DNA of 64,000 nt from assembly GCA_964188305.1 (NCBI GenBank), contig OZ076893.1; one strand, written 5' to 3'. The notes beneath the pieces are model-generated. The model was given only the letters and a program-made list of their open reading frames with translations. It searched no databases and was not told the DNA's origin. Below, in pieces: positions 1 to 12,909 of the stretch (position 1 is the first letter of the stretch; each line of letters starts with the position of its first letter). Both the position numbers and the translations under genes were made by a program. The stretch is from Podarcis bocagei. Lineage: Eukaryota.

Positions 1-629
1 ACTGATGTCTTTTTCTTTTGGTGTGTATGTGTATGTGTGGAGCTACCACTTTATAAGGCAAAGCTGATCACCCAAAATGACTGCAATGGGTCCTTTTGCA
101 GTATCATATGTGATCATTCTTCCACTAGGTAGAGAAATATTTTGCTTATCTGCATTAGTGCTCTCAGCTTGGTGACCCAAATCTTAAAAATACTGAGAGC
201 TTTGGCTGGTCTTATTAAGTAGCTCAGTGGGGCAGCTGAGTGATAGTTGATTAGAAGAGACATTATAAAATATTCGGATGGCAGACGAGCCTCGGATGAT
301 GAAGTTGCTCGGAAGCCTAATTACAAGATACAGATGTAAATGCATAACATTTAGCAAAAATTGTTAAAACAGAATGAAGGAGGCTGCTATCACTGATTCA
401 GTTCAATGTCATGGAGTCATAATCATCATGTCATTACTTGTCTAGCACCGGCTGAGTGCTGTACAGTCATATATATTCCTATAGCAACAGTATTTGCTCC
501 AATAAAAAAGGACTGGGTAATGTTTCTATTTACTGTAACTTCTGATACCTCACCAAGCTTTCAAGAACTGACTCAGGCAACAGCCAGCTATCCATGTATT
601 GGGACCATTTTGTTGAGGGATCTGGGTCT

Positions 630-720
630 CTGGAGTGGAACTCAGTGGTACAACATGTGCTCCCCATGCAGAAAGTCACTCACAGCCTTAACCTTGCATA
701 AGGCAGCTCCTATGCTCCCA
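630..720 (+). mobile_element. Degenerate, internally deleted tRNA-derived SINE (Squam3-like)
   Basis: Head ctcagtggtacaacatgtgctccccatgcagaaagtc resembles the fuller copy at 60613-60805; ends in a Squam3-type tail aaggcagctcctatg. Confidence 0.45.
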
Positions 721-769
721 AGGGTTCTATGTGCATACTAATGTATGCATGCATGTATGATGATGTTGA

Positions 770-1290
770 TTACCAGTTGCCTTCCACATATGTATCTCAA
801 GGCAATGTACAACATAATAAAAATAGTTTAAAACAGTGCAAAAATAGCAGAAGATGAATTTTAAAAACCATACAAAACGGACACCCATGGCAGAGACCTA
901 TTAATCCAGTCAGGAAAGCTTGTAAAAACAAAAAGGTCTTTTGTTGTTTCCAGAAAATGCAGATTACATGTGCCTGTTGTGTCTCGGCAGGAATGCTGAG
1001 ACAAACACAGCACAAAAAGAAATGAGATGAGATTCCACACAATGGAGGAATCTTCCATTATTTCATTGTATGTGTGTGCAGCTTGGGGGCATCTCAAACT
1101 CCGTATGGCAGGCTCAGTCGGTTTTTCTGGCAAGGTACCCAAATTTGATTCGAAGGAGGCATTGTCCAGATCAAGGTCTCTCAGGTCAATGGATTCAGCT
1201 GAATTTCTCTGGCAAAGGCAGAAGGCCAAGTTCCTAGTGTGTACAAGGCCTGACCAATGCAGAGGCTTCATACAAGCTGCCATTTACAGG
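770..1290 (-). mobile_element. Old L2-like LINE 3' remnant
   Basis: A-rich 3' UTR-like block followed by aaaaaggtcttttgttgtttccagaaaat...ttccacac, resembling antisense L2 ends; very diverged. Confidence 0.35.
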
Positions 1291-1381
1291 GGCTGATGTC
1301 CCACCAAGGAGCCAAGAATTACTCATGCAAAAATCAGTATATTAAAACTATTCTGTTGAACCCTGCAGGGATGTGTGTGCA

Positions 1382-1490
1382 TGCTGTATTTAAGTGGTAA
1401 AGCATGTGTTTTGCACACATAAAGTCACAGGTTCAGCTCTGCCATCTTTGGATAGGGCTGGAAAATCCTGATGACCCATTCCCAATCAGT
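1382..1490 (+). mobile_element. Squam3-like tRNA-derived SINE fragment
   Basis: gtggtaaagcatgtgttttgcacacataaagtcacaggttcag (A and B box remnants) followed by tagggctgg. Confidence 0.5.
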
Positions 1491-1498
1491 GGGTGGGT

Positions 1499-1517
1499 GT
1501 GCGCGCGCACGCGCGCA

Positions 1518-1548
<31 letters not shown>
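1499..1548. repeat. (GC)n/(CA)n microsatellite
   Basis: Direct reading. Confidence 0.95.
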
Positions 1549-4424
1549 TACAGACTAATTATATTACTTAACACACATACATTCCAGATTAATTGTAAAA
1601 TTAATTGCATTTAGTTATTGTCAAGAAGAATATATAGCTGAATGTTATCTTGTATTTTCCCCTGCTCCAAAACATTACAAGCATATCCTTCTTTTCAACC
1701 TACAATGAGTTTGACAATGATATTATGCCCTCCTTCTGTTACAATTTTGCCTGGAAAGGCAAGGGAAAATAAAAAGGCTGAAAAGAGGTTCCTGCTTCCA
1801 GGTTAAATCTGCAGCAGTTCTAGTTCCCTGCACCTTCAGCAGAAAGAATATTTCTCCTGCTAATCCAACCCTCTAGAGGAATTTTAGTAACTAATCTGGA
1901 TGAATCAAATCATTGCTGCTGTGTATGATTAATTTTAGGCCAATTTAATTTCTTAGTCATGGGTTTCAATCGCCTAGACGTGCATGAATAGAATTGCCCT
2001 TGAGCACACAATAATGATTAACTGTTGGTTTTAGCTGAAAACTGAATGAATGGCCAAATCGTGTGTCTGTGTGCGTGCACACAGCATTACCTATATTTGT
2101 TCACAATTTATACGTGCTCCCTCTTTAGGAAACAATTTGGTGCATGGTCGAAGCTCATGAAATGATGCTCTAAGTTTGCAATTCAGTGATGCTCAGCTCC
2201 CGTTTCAGTGGAGACCTTGTAGAAATACCACTCTAAACCCCACTGAAATATATGCAGGGTACATAGCAGCAAGGCACAATATTTCATGTTGCCTTCTATC
2301 CACATGGTAATTGATTTAGGGTTTCTTTTCCTTTTCCTATGGTAGCAGTGATGAAGCCTCTTGCAATGAATGACTTTTTAGCTTCCTGCCTTTTACTGAA
2401 CTGTCGGAAGGGCCTCCAGCAGCCATTGTGTTGAGTTGCCTTATAGTAAAAAGGCAGCTCAACCCTGGTTACCATTGTCTGTGGTGCTTCCATACTCAGT
2501 CAGGCACATCAACTCTATGGGGCTGAGGCTTCTACAACCCCCCAATGTCCTCTAGGAGGAGGCTCAGCTCTCCCCCCCAAAAAAAAAATCTTGGGGGGTC
2601 AGAAGAGGCCTGGCAGGATGCCATTTTGGGCCATGTGGCATCTCCTAACACGGTCTGGCAGGAAGTCACCCTGGGCCAACCAGCTCAGCCTAGCACGTGA
2701 ATGTCGCATCATGAGGAGGCCTGTTTAGCCTCTCCCAATGCATTAGTTGTCACATACACACAGTGCGCTTGACATCATGCGCACATGCAGCCCCTACAAT
2801 GTTGGGTGCAACTTAGCGCCTGTGCTGCTGGGGCCCTAGAGAAGGACAGGATAAGCAAAAGACCCTAGGGGAAATGGGAAGTACTGGGAAGGGGCCTGAG
2901 ATGGCAATAGGCTTAGGGCTAGCCAGGAAGGGGAAGGTCAGGTTGTCTGTAACTATGCAGGTGTATGGAAGAATGAGGCTGGGAATGAACACCTGAGGGA
3001 GAAACCCCAGGTAAAGGAAACTGGGAAAGATAATGAACCAAGAAGGGAAGGGAAGTTGACTGGACACTGTAGAAACAAGAAAGGTTGCTGCACATTGTTT
3101 TGATAATAACAACCAAATCTCTGGCTGCAGGCCTCTAGTGCATTTTCTGATTAGTTAACTGTTATTTTTACATTGAACTTTCCAAATGATTTCTTTGATA
3201 CACTACCCATATGCAAAAGGTTTGAAAGGCCTCAGAGTAGGTGGTTTTTTTAAAAAAAAAAATAACAATACGTGCATCTGTATTTGACAAAATTGATTTC
3301 ATTCCATCGTGCCATCTGCCCTTTCTCCCTACTGATGGCCCAGCTCCCAGCTCACTCCTACTTCATCTTTCAAGTAAGGCACCCAATTATGGCAAAAAAT
3401 GAGAAGGGCTTTTTTTGACGGTTATTAGGGTGAAAATGCCAGCTCATTTCCTATAGGTGATTTGGTTGGCAAAAAATTAAGATAAAATAAAATAAAAATT
3501 CCCCAGTCAATACTGTACCAACAAGGGCTGAATTTGAACTAATGATGTAGACACTAAGCCCTCTATAGCTCATTACAAATCCCCTGAGCCATCCAATTGC
3601 TGTTCTGAGGCACCAAACATTTACAATGTGCCTTTTTAAAAAAAGTAAAAAGTCTGGTCCCAGACAGATATATTTGATTGACAAGACTTGGAGAAATACT
3701 TCGTGTCTAACAAGCAGTATCAGAACAAATGCAGGAAAAGCCACACTATCTCCTTTAATAACATTTTCTCTTTACAAAAATCCCATAGAGACGCAGCAGA
3801 CATCTGTGGTATTAATATTATGCGACTTAACTGATGCTAAGAAGCATCTGGGAGAAGTTTGACTGACTGGCGTTTACAGTTGCTAATGAGGAAATCTCAG
3901 ATAGAGGGATGAAGCAGCAGAATGGTGTTTATTTATTTATTTTTAGTGTGATACTCTCACAGACTGGAAATGAAGCAGCCAAATAAACAAGATACACATG
4001 AAGTGATTTGGGCCGTGAGGCTATGTGGTAGAAGTGGCTCAGGTTTGTGAATCCGCTAATGATGCAGGAATCCTGTTGATGGAATCTTGGAATCCCAATA
4101 AATGTGCATCTCCTATCACTAAAGTCTCAGAGTGCTCCGCTTGCTCTCTAGAAGCAAGCTAACAACAAGGCAGTACCAAGATATTTTGCCATATTTCCTG
4201 AGGCGGAGAAGCAAATGATTCCCTTGCCTCCCCCCCCCCCCCCAAGTTAAGGAGGCAAATACCCAAGGCCCATCTAGTTACTCAGTGGAAGAGAAACACC
4301 TCTCCCTCTCCCTGGTAGTGGAACTGCAGCAGTAATAACTATGATTAAATTACAGAATAAATTAAGACTGCAGTCCTACTGCTAGTCAAAGGCCAGATGA
4401 TGGGCTTTAGGGAATGGTCTAAGT

Positions 4425-4763
4425 CAGGGGTCAGCAAACTTTTTCAGCAGGGGGCCAGTCCACTGTCCCTCAAACCTTGTGGGGGGCTGGACTATATTTG
4501 AGGGGGCTGGACTATATGGGGGGGGGGATGAACAAATTCCTATGCCCCACAAATAACCCAGAGATGCATTTTAAATAAAAGCACACATTCTACTCATGTA
4601 AAAACACCAGGCAGGCCCCACAAATAACCCAGAGATGCATTTTAAATAAAAGGACACATTCTACTCATGTAAAAACAAGCTGATTCTCGGACAGTCTGCG
4701 GACCTGATTTAGAAGGTGATTGGGCCAGATCTGGCCCCCTGGGCCTTAGTTTGCCTACCCATG
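4425..4763. mobile_element. Non-autonomous hAT (Charlie-type) MITE with an internal ~70-bp tandem duplication
   Basis: TIRs CAGGGGTCAGCAAACT / AGTTTGCCTACCCATG; perfect 8-bp TSD GTCTAAGT at 4417-4424 and 4764-4771; gccccacaaataacccagagatgcattttaaataaaag occurs twice. Confidence 0.9.
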
Positions 4764-4859
4764 GTCTAAGTGTTGTTCCACAGGCGGGCAGGGAGGTCCA
4801 GGAGGTGGGACTGCCACTTGCTAGAAACAAGGCTTTTGTGATGGTGCTTACTGGTACGG

Positions 4860-5096
4860 CATACCCTCCAACATGTCTCCGATGAAAATAGGGACGTCCC
4901 ATTTCATAATGATAATTTTACTATTTATACCCTACACATCTTATTGGGTTGCCCCAGCACTCTGGGCAGCTTCCAACATATATAAAAACATAATAAAACA
5001 TTAAAAAAACTTTCCTATGCAGGATTGCCTTCAAGTGGCTTGGGGGTTGGATGCCTCCATACCCTTCAACATTTCTGCCGTGAAAATAGGGACATC
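4860..5096. mobile_element. Composite: two 39-bp direct repeats (hAT-end-like) bracketing an antisense L2 3' tail
   Basis: cataccctccaacatgtctccgatgaaaatagggacgtc (4860-4898) vs catacccttcaacatttctgccgtgaaaatagggacatc (5058-5096); the interior is the reverse complement of the L2 tail seen at 12790-12845. Confidence 0.6.
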
Positions 5097-6625
5097 TGGC
5101 AGTGACCCAATGCAGGGTGTGTGTGGCTGCTACATGCGTTTCTGGTTGGTTTCCAGCTCTCCTTCAGGTGATAATACACAGAAGGATAACCTCTAAAATG
5201 ACTTAGAGGTTTTACTACAATGAAGCAATGTAGGAATTTTGTTAAAGAAAATAAATAAAGAATGTTGCATACATCTTGTATGCTTGCCTGTGTTAACCAC
5301 TGTTGGGTTCCTAGACTGGAGATATGTCTCACACTTTCAAAAGGTAAAAACCAGGACACCCCAGAACAGTATCAAAAATAAGGAGGCTGCAAAGGGCCAC
5401 GCCCAAAACAATGTTTGTTATACATTATCTGATTAAACGTGATTTCTATTCGCTAATCAATCTTAGCGGTGGCAGCCCAATGTCATCATCTTGAACCAAT
5501 CAGATTCTTTTAGTTGTTCAGATCCGCCCTCATCATTATAGCATGTGGTTACATACAATCATTTCTTCAGTGTCTTTCATTATTAAGGCTTTGACTAATT
5601 TTCCTATTCATTAAATGTCTCCCAATATCCTCTTTCATCTTTCTACAAAGCTATGCAAGATTAAGCACAATTGCCACGTTAAGCCAATTCTCTTTTCATG
5701 CATACAGCAGTCACCATGGATTCTAACAATTTGTTCTTTTCAGTGTTCTGGAACTAACATCCGTTACATACAGTACCTGAAAGCAACTTATTCTATACTG
5801 TAAATGGTAGGCAAAGGCCTTTTCAGTTCAGCTAGGCCATAGGCTCAAAAGAAAATGGAGTCATCCAAATGACACAGTTTTATGAGATTAGTATTTTATC
5901 CAACACCATGTCCTTTCCCCATTCAATGAAAACAGAATATTGCTCTGCTTTGAGGTTTTGTGTAGGATAGTTTTTCTAATATACACAGCAAATTAATTTG
6001 TTGCCTTTTTTCTGTAAGAACAAGGGTAGAAAGGAATGCACAGAAATAAAAGAAGCAAAGTTGCTGATATATACTCAGCCACTCTTACTGAATTTGTTGC
6101 TAAACTCTCATTTTAAAGCATCTGTATTACCTTGCAGATCTTCATGTGTGATAATGGTACTGCCATTTTAAAGGATATAAGCAAAAGTAATTCTATGCAA
6201 CAGATTAATAAGGAATAATAATATCACTGGGTAGCATTGCTCTAATTATAACCTGTGATGATGAACTGTGAGCATAAAACAGCAAGGAACAGTAAGGTAC
6301 CCACAGACGTACTGTCATGCAAATATCTTTCTTTGATTTGCACGCACTCATAAAGCACAATCTGAATGCATCCATTCTGAATCAATTTCAGGCAGAGAAG
6401 GCCACATTCCAGAAGCTTTACTCATACTGAGTAGTACAGTGCACAGAATCTCACTGGAGCGATTTGGTATTGTTGGTGCAGTGAAGATTTACAGGTCATA
6501 AATAGCAGTGTCAAGCTTTGGCAAGGATTTTAACAGCTACCATTTGATCTGAAGAAATATTGCAAGTCAGGATCAGAAGGCTCTGTGGCCCCTGCAAACA
6601 TTTGCACGGAGAAGGAAATCAAATA

Positions 6626-6851
6626 CAGTGGTACCTCAGGTTACAGACACTTCAGGTTACAGACTCCGCTAACCCAGAAATAGTACCTCAGGTTAAGAAC
6701 TTTGCTTCAGGATGAGAACAAAAATCGTGCAGTGGCAGCGCGGCGGCAGCGGGAGGCCCCATTAGCTAAAGTGGTACCTCAGGTTAAGAACAGTTTCAGG
6801 TTAAGAATGGACCTCCAGAACGAATTAAGTTCTTAACCCAAGGTACCACTG
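6626..6851. mobile_element. Tc1/mariner (Tigger/pogo-like) MITE
   Basis: TIRs CAGTGGTACCTCAGGTT / AACCCAAGGTACCACTG flanked by TA on both sides; second copy at 30608-30822. Confidence 0.9.
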
Positions 6852-7179
6852 TATCTCTCTTATCAGAAGCGACATTTTTGATGCTGTTCGTTCCCTTCCA
6901 CTCAGAATATTTTAGAGGATATAGGGTTATTCTTAAGGAACATATGGACTTTCTGGCTAGTCACTGGTTCTACACACAGATCCTGAGTCTCACCAGGTTG
7001 TCCTGTGCCTGGGCTGTTCATGGGGAATTTACATGGTGGAATTTTCCTCCATATAATAGAATCTGTTGCGTGGCAAGGTGGCCAGTACAGCAATACCAAC
7101 GTTGGCCAAATGTAAGTTATAGGCTCGCATTGCTCTCCCTGGTGCAAAGAAGTTTCTTGGAGACAGAGAACACATTTCG

Positions 7180-9660
7180 AAGAATCTTAAAAGTTGGAAG
7201 GTACCCCAAGGGTCATCAGCTAAAGCATCCATGACAGATGGCCATCCAACATCTGCTTAAAAACTTCCAAGGAAGGAGACTCCACCACCTCTCATGGGAG
7301 TCTGTTCCACTGCTGAACAGCTCCTACTGCCAAAAAGTTTTTCCAAATGTGTAATTGGAATCTCCTTTCTTGCAACTTGAAGCCATTGGTTCAAGTTCTA
7401 TCCTCCAGAGCAGGAGAAAACAAGCATGCTCCCTTCTCCACGTGACAGCACTTAAGATATTTAAAGATGGCTATCAAATCTCCTCTCAGTCTCCTCTTTT
7501 CCAGGCTAAATATACCCAACTCCTTCAAGTGCTCCTCATAAGGCTTAGTTGCCAGACCCTTGATCATCTTGGTTGCCCTCCTCTGCACATGTTCCAGCTT
7601 GTCAACATCCTTCTTAAATTGTGGTGCCCAGAATTGAACGCAGTATTCCAAGTGTGGTCTGACTAAGGTAGAATAGAGTGGTACTATTACTTCCCTTGAT
7701 CTGGACACTAAACTTCTGTTGATGCAACCTAGAACAGCATTAGCCCTTTTTAATCCTGCATCACACTGTTGACTCATGTTAACAGTGACCCCTAGATCCT
7801 TTTCACCTGTACTGCTAATAAGCCAGGTGTCCCCCATCCTATATTTGTGCATCTGCTTCTTATTGTCTAAGTGCAGAACCTTACATTTGTCCCTACTGAA
7901 ATTCATTTTGTTGGCTTGTGACCAGTTTTCCAACATGTTAAGGTCATCTTGAATCCCAATTCTGTCTTCTGCAGCACTAACTACCCCTCCCAGTTTGGTG
8001 TCATCTGCAAATTTGATGACCATCCCCTCAATTCCTTCATCCAAGTCATATAATGACATTGAACAACAACAGGTCCAGGACAGTACCCCGTGGCACCCCA
8101 CTTGTCACTTTTTCCAGGATGACGAGGAACAATTAATGAGTACTCATTGAGTTTGGTCAGTCAACCAGCTACAAATCCACCTAACAGTTACCTTGTTCAA
8201 CCCACATTTTACCAGCTTCCTTGTGAGAATATAATGGGGGACTTGGTCAAAAGCCTTACTGAAATCAAGATACACTATGTCCACAGCATTTCCCTGCTCC
8301 ACCAAATTTGTAATTCCATAAAAACACACAAAAGAAATCAGATTGGTCTGGCATGACTTATTTTTGAGAAACCCATGCTGGGTCTTAGTAATCATAGTAT
8401 CATTTTCTAAATGCTCACAGACCGACTGTTGAATTATCTATTCTAGAACCCTCCCTGGTATTGCTGTCAAGCTCACTGGTTGTTAGTTACCTGGGTCTTC
8501 CTCCCCCCCTCCCTTTGGAAGGTGGTGACAACATTTGCTCACCTCCAGTCTGTAGGGACATCACCTGTTCTCCAAGTACCTTATTCTCAGAGATAATAGA
8601 CAAAGGCTCTGAAATTACATCTGCAAGCTCCTTTAGTACTTTTGGATGCAGCTCATTAGGCTGTGGAGATTTGAATTCATTTAAAAGTAGCTAGGTGTTC
8701 CCTTACTACCTATTTTCATATCTTGGCTGCAGCTCCCTCCTTACATAATTTATTCTGTTATCACCAGGTTGGGCATCACTTTCCTTTTGGGTGAAGACAA
8801 AGGCAAAGTAGGTGCTGAGTAGTGCTGCCTTTTCTCTGTCACCCAATAGCATTTCTCTGTCTTCCCCACACAGAGGACCTGCCACTTTCTTGTTCTTCCT
8901 CTTATTTTGGACATAGCCAAAGAAACCTTTTTTAAAAATTATTTTTAACCTCTCTTGCGAGCCTGAGCTCATTCTGAGTTTTAGGCAGCCTGACTTTCCC
9001 CCTACAACTGTTGGCTGCTCGTGGCTACTCCTTTGTGATTTCCCCTTTCTTCCAGTTCTTATACATGCCCTTCTTAACTTTCAGCTCATCTGTAAGCTCC
9101 TTATATAGCCACACCGGTCTCCTTTCATGCCTCCCACTATTCTTTCTTGTTGGTATTGTCTGCATTTGGGCATATTTCTCCTTTTAGAGACTCCCATCTC
9201 AATCTGCTTTTCATGCTGCAGGTCATGGATTTCTTCACAAGTGTCCACATTATATACAATGCTACTTTTCCTCCCTTCCTGTTTGGTCTATTCCTTTTGA
9301 ACAGGTTATACCCCTCAAAACAGCCATGAGTCTCATCCCAGCAGGTTTCAGTAATGCCTACCACGTCATATTTGCCATTCTGTATGATAAGCGCCAGTTC
9401 ATTTTGTTTGTTTCCCATACTCTGTGCATTTGTGTAGAGACAACTGAAGCCATGAGTTATTCCCTGCAGCTGCTTCCTTCTTGTAGTTTCTTGCCCTTTA
9501 ACAGGTTTCTGGAGTACCACCTCAGTTTCCTGTGCATCAATTATATTTCTATAGATTCCTCCAACCGCCCAATCTGTACTGAGCCCTGTACCAAGTACCC
9601 AGGTGGACACAGCTAGGTCAGTCCCCACTCCCACACCTAGCTCTCTGCAATACACACCGG
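7180..9660 (-). mobile_element. CR1 LINE, degenerate ORF2 (AP endonuclease N-terminus plus reverse transcriptase), frameshifted and internally deleted
   Basis: Translated motifs CLYTNAQSMGNKQNEL...DVVGITETCWD (endonuclease), QHGFLKNKSCQTNLISF, DIVYLDFSKAFD, KFADDTKLGG, LVRPHLEYCVQFWAPQFKKDVDKLE, LFS/IFSLEKRRLRGDLI; CR1-type 3' end near 7180-7260. The 5' boundary is approximate. Confidence 0.93.
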
Positions 9661-10710
9661 ATCAGCTCTCTCATCCACAATAGAGTCATAGCTGAGTATG
9701 TTCTTATAATGGACTGACCTGACATTAAGCGGCACCATCAGAACAGAGGGCACAACGATAGAGCAACCAGGATCTCAGCTGAAGAGGAAAGCCCTGATGC
9801 AGGCAATGGCTCTCTGCTAGTATTCCGATGGTAAGGCCATGAGCAAGATGCAGACCCTGAGCTTTAGAGGGGAATGGTGGCAGAAAACCTATTGCCTCCT
9901 TTTCCCAGTGTGCTGCCCATTTAGGGAGACATCATCACAACTAAGTGGGAAGAATGTATAAGACTTATATTTGGAGGCATGGACTGTGTACACAGCCCGT
10001 TTATTCTGGTTCCAGTGTGCTTACACTGCTGGTTCGGGAAGTGGTACACATATCTGTCATGTTATTCTTAGGAAATACTGCATTTTTATGCATTGCACCT
10101 CCCCACACCCCTGGAACCGAATTCAATCCAAATTGAGAAAAAACAATGATCTAGCTGTGTTTTGAACCTGTAAAGTGCATAGAGCCCATGGTCTCCCAAT
10201 AGACCAAACATTAGGATCATTCTAAGACCAGTTCTATAATGCATTATTAAGGGGAAGCAGACTCCTTCAAAGTGGCTGGATTTTTTTTGCAGGGATGGGG
10301 GGGAATTGCAAGGTAAGAGTTTATGTCTGAATGATGCAGCTAGTGTCTTTTTGGAGAGGGGCGCAGGCATAATTTGGTGCTTCTCTTGATATCTACAGCA
10401 CATCTTTGTAATTTTTCTCAAAATGTGCCATTCCATTGTTTCCATCACAGGAAGCCTTGTTATGCAAAGCATGGCCTCTCCGCACTGTGCCATTCCATAT
10501 GTTGAAATACTCTGGCTTTCCAAATGTCACATAACAACAGCAAATAGTTGCCACAATGAGGCCCCAGTGACTGTTCTGTTCTGAAAGTAAATGAATTGAC
10601 AAGCCTGCTCTTTATGTTGCATCAACCGTTTCCCTATTATATTTACAAAATGTAAAAAAAATACAAAGCTAGTCAATCTGCTTCCATATTACAGCCTATT
10701 AGGCAATTAG

Positions 10711-10810
10711 GAGGGTACACTTTCAGAACAGCGTGCAGGGAATTAGGCACACAACTCTGATTAGCGTTAATAGGAATTGGGCATTTAATTCCCTGCGTAC
10801 AGCTAGAAAT
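10711..10810. repeat. Short palindromic DNA-transposon-like relic
   Basis: gcgtgcagggaattaggcacacaactc pairs with gaattgggcatttaattccctgcgtac. Confidence 0.5.
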
Positions 10811-11428
10811 GGATCTCGCCTGCTTAATAAGCGCCACTGCAACATTACATGTGATAAAGTCAGATCAATAAAAAAAGTATTTTAAAAAGTTAGTATCCAA
10901 TTCCTCTAACCACAGTATTGGCGTTAGCGACAATTTTCTAGTAACAGATTCAGTCCACCACTGCTGAAACAGCAGCAGAAGCCTCTACAAAAGTAAGAAT
11001 AATGCTCTGTATTTTAATAAAGCTTGTTTGCAACAAATGCCAATAAGCCTATCAAATAGAAAAGGATCAGTATTGCTTTCTGAAGGATTTCAGTGTTTAT
11101 GTATATGTGAGCTGCATTTGGAATACTCAACCTATTGTTCCCTAGAACTGAATTTGGCAGAGTTTCTCCAATTCATGTTTTGGTGTGGGTTCCCCCCCCC
11201 CCACCCATCCACTAGTTAGATTATTGGGAGAAATGGGATGCTACTTATTCCAGCTACAAAAAAATAAAATAAAAATAAAAATCCTCTGCTCATATCAGTT
11301 GTTATCCCGAGATCTCACTAGAAGTGCATTGTTTTACAATTAAATATGACCATTGGAGTCCATTGGCATGGCCAATGCAGGAATATATGCTATGCTCACA
11401 TTAGCACTTATCCACGCAGTAAATCTTG

Positions 11429-11639
11429 GCCTTCCCAAAGCCAACTAAGCAAGGCTCTGGGCTTTGAGAAGGAGGTGCAAGGCTCTGGCAGGGTCCTAGA
11501 GCCCTGCCATCTCCTTCCCAAAGCTTGGATTACTCTAACTAAGCTTTGGGAAAGAAGAAGGAGGACTCTAGGAGCCTATCAGAGCCCTTATGTCTCCTTC
11601 TCAAAGCCCAGTGCCTCACTTACTCAGCTTTCGGGAGGC
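11429..11639. repeat. Long imperfect inverted repeat (foldback/MITE-like), ~100-bp arms
   Basis: ctgggctttgagaaggag pairs with ctccttctcaaagcccag; ttcccaaagctt pairs with aagctttgggaa around a short loop near 11530. Confidence 0.8.
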
Positions 11640-12651
11640 AGCATGAGGGCTGGAGGGTGGGGTTGTCAAATGTTGCTGAGGGCCACCAAAAAAGACCCTT
11701 GGGCTACACGTTGGCCTGTCCTCTTGTAAGTGCTTCTTTTGTCAATAAAGACTTGACAATTAGGTGTGGGATGGACCTGAACAGTTGGTTGGTTTGGATG
11801 ACACAAGCTTTGGTAAATTGAAAGTGAACACTTTCTGATTCATCCATGCAACCACACCAGAGGAAGGGGGGGGGGGAACAACCCATACACAAAGCTCATT
11901 TGCTCAACAGCCTATTTTTAAAAGAGAGAGAAAAAGATGAAACAACACATTTATGGTAACAATTAAATGTTAATGCCCCTGTTATTCAGTTTTCAATAAT
12001 CCTCTTACACTTTTGTTTGCAACGTAGAGCTGAAAGCACCATGTCAATCCGGACATTGTGAGGTCACTTTACATAGATGACATTTCTAAACTTTCCCGAA
12101 GCAATTTTTGGAAATGAAAGTAAAAGCATAGACTGGAAGTCTATTCAAAGGCAGCAATAATTAATAACAAAGGGTCTGGTGTGTACAAGAAGCTATGGGT
12201 CTTTCTTAGAGGAAAGGGCCTCTGTTCATAAAGAAATTCAAAGCTAACATAAACTAGGTTGTCCTTTATTAAAGACTGAGAAGCAATGGGTGAAGCAGCG
12301 AGCGCAGAGAGAAGCCTCTTCCTCAAGGCAGAAAATGAGTATTCCACTTTTTGCGTTCCAGCTTCATGATGCCTCCAAGGGATAAGCAACTCAGAGTCTT
12401 GAAGAAAAAAATATGAGAAAAGGAACATGATTTGTTCCTATAGGAAAAATGTTATGAGACCATTTGCTAACACCCAGCAGTGAATTGCATGGTGGGATTG
12501 GAGATGCTTATCTCACATCCCAGCAGGTGAGTCGCTGCTGCTGACAGGGAGGGGGCGGGGGGAGGTGAGGGGTGTCATGGTGCAAGGTATTTAAACCATA
12601 TTTACAAGTTTGGGTGTGTCTAAATGATGCTGATAGGCCAAATAATGCCTT

Positions 12652-12909
12652 AGTGGCGCCTGCCCTGTGGATCGCCCTCCCATCAGATGTTAAAGAGATA
12701 AACCACTGTTGGACATTTAGATGACATCTGAAGGCATCCCTGTTTAGGGAAGTTTTAAATGAATGATGTTTTATTGTATTTTTAATCTTTGTTGAAAGCT
12801 GCCCAGAGTGACTGGGGAAACCCAGCCAGATGGGTGGAGTATAAATAATAAATTGTTGTTGTTGTTGTTGTTATTGTTGTTGTTGTTGTTGTTATTATTA
12901 TTATTATTA
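12652..12909 (+). mobile_element. L2 LINE 3' end with (TTG)n(TTA)n tail
   Basis: gcgcctgccctgtgg...ctccca (APxLWxxLP-type ORF2 end), gctgcccagagtgactggggaaacccagccagatggg, then microsatellite 12853-12909. Confidence 0.75.

Noticed and set aside
7391-8101. 236-aa ORF as a host gene
   Set aside because: It is the CR1 reverse transcriptase C-terminal half within a frameshifted copy.
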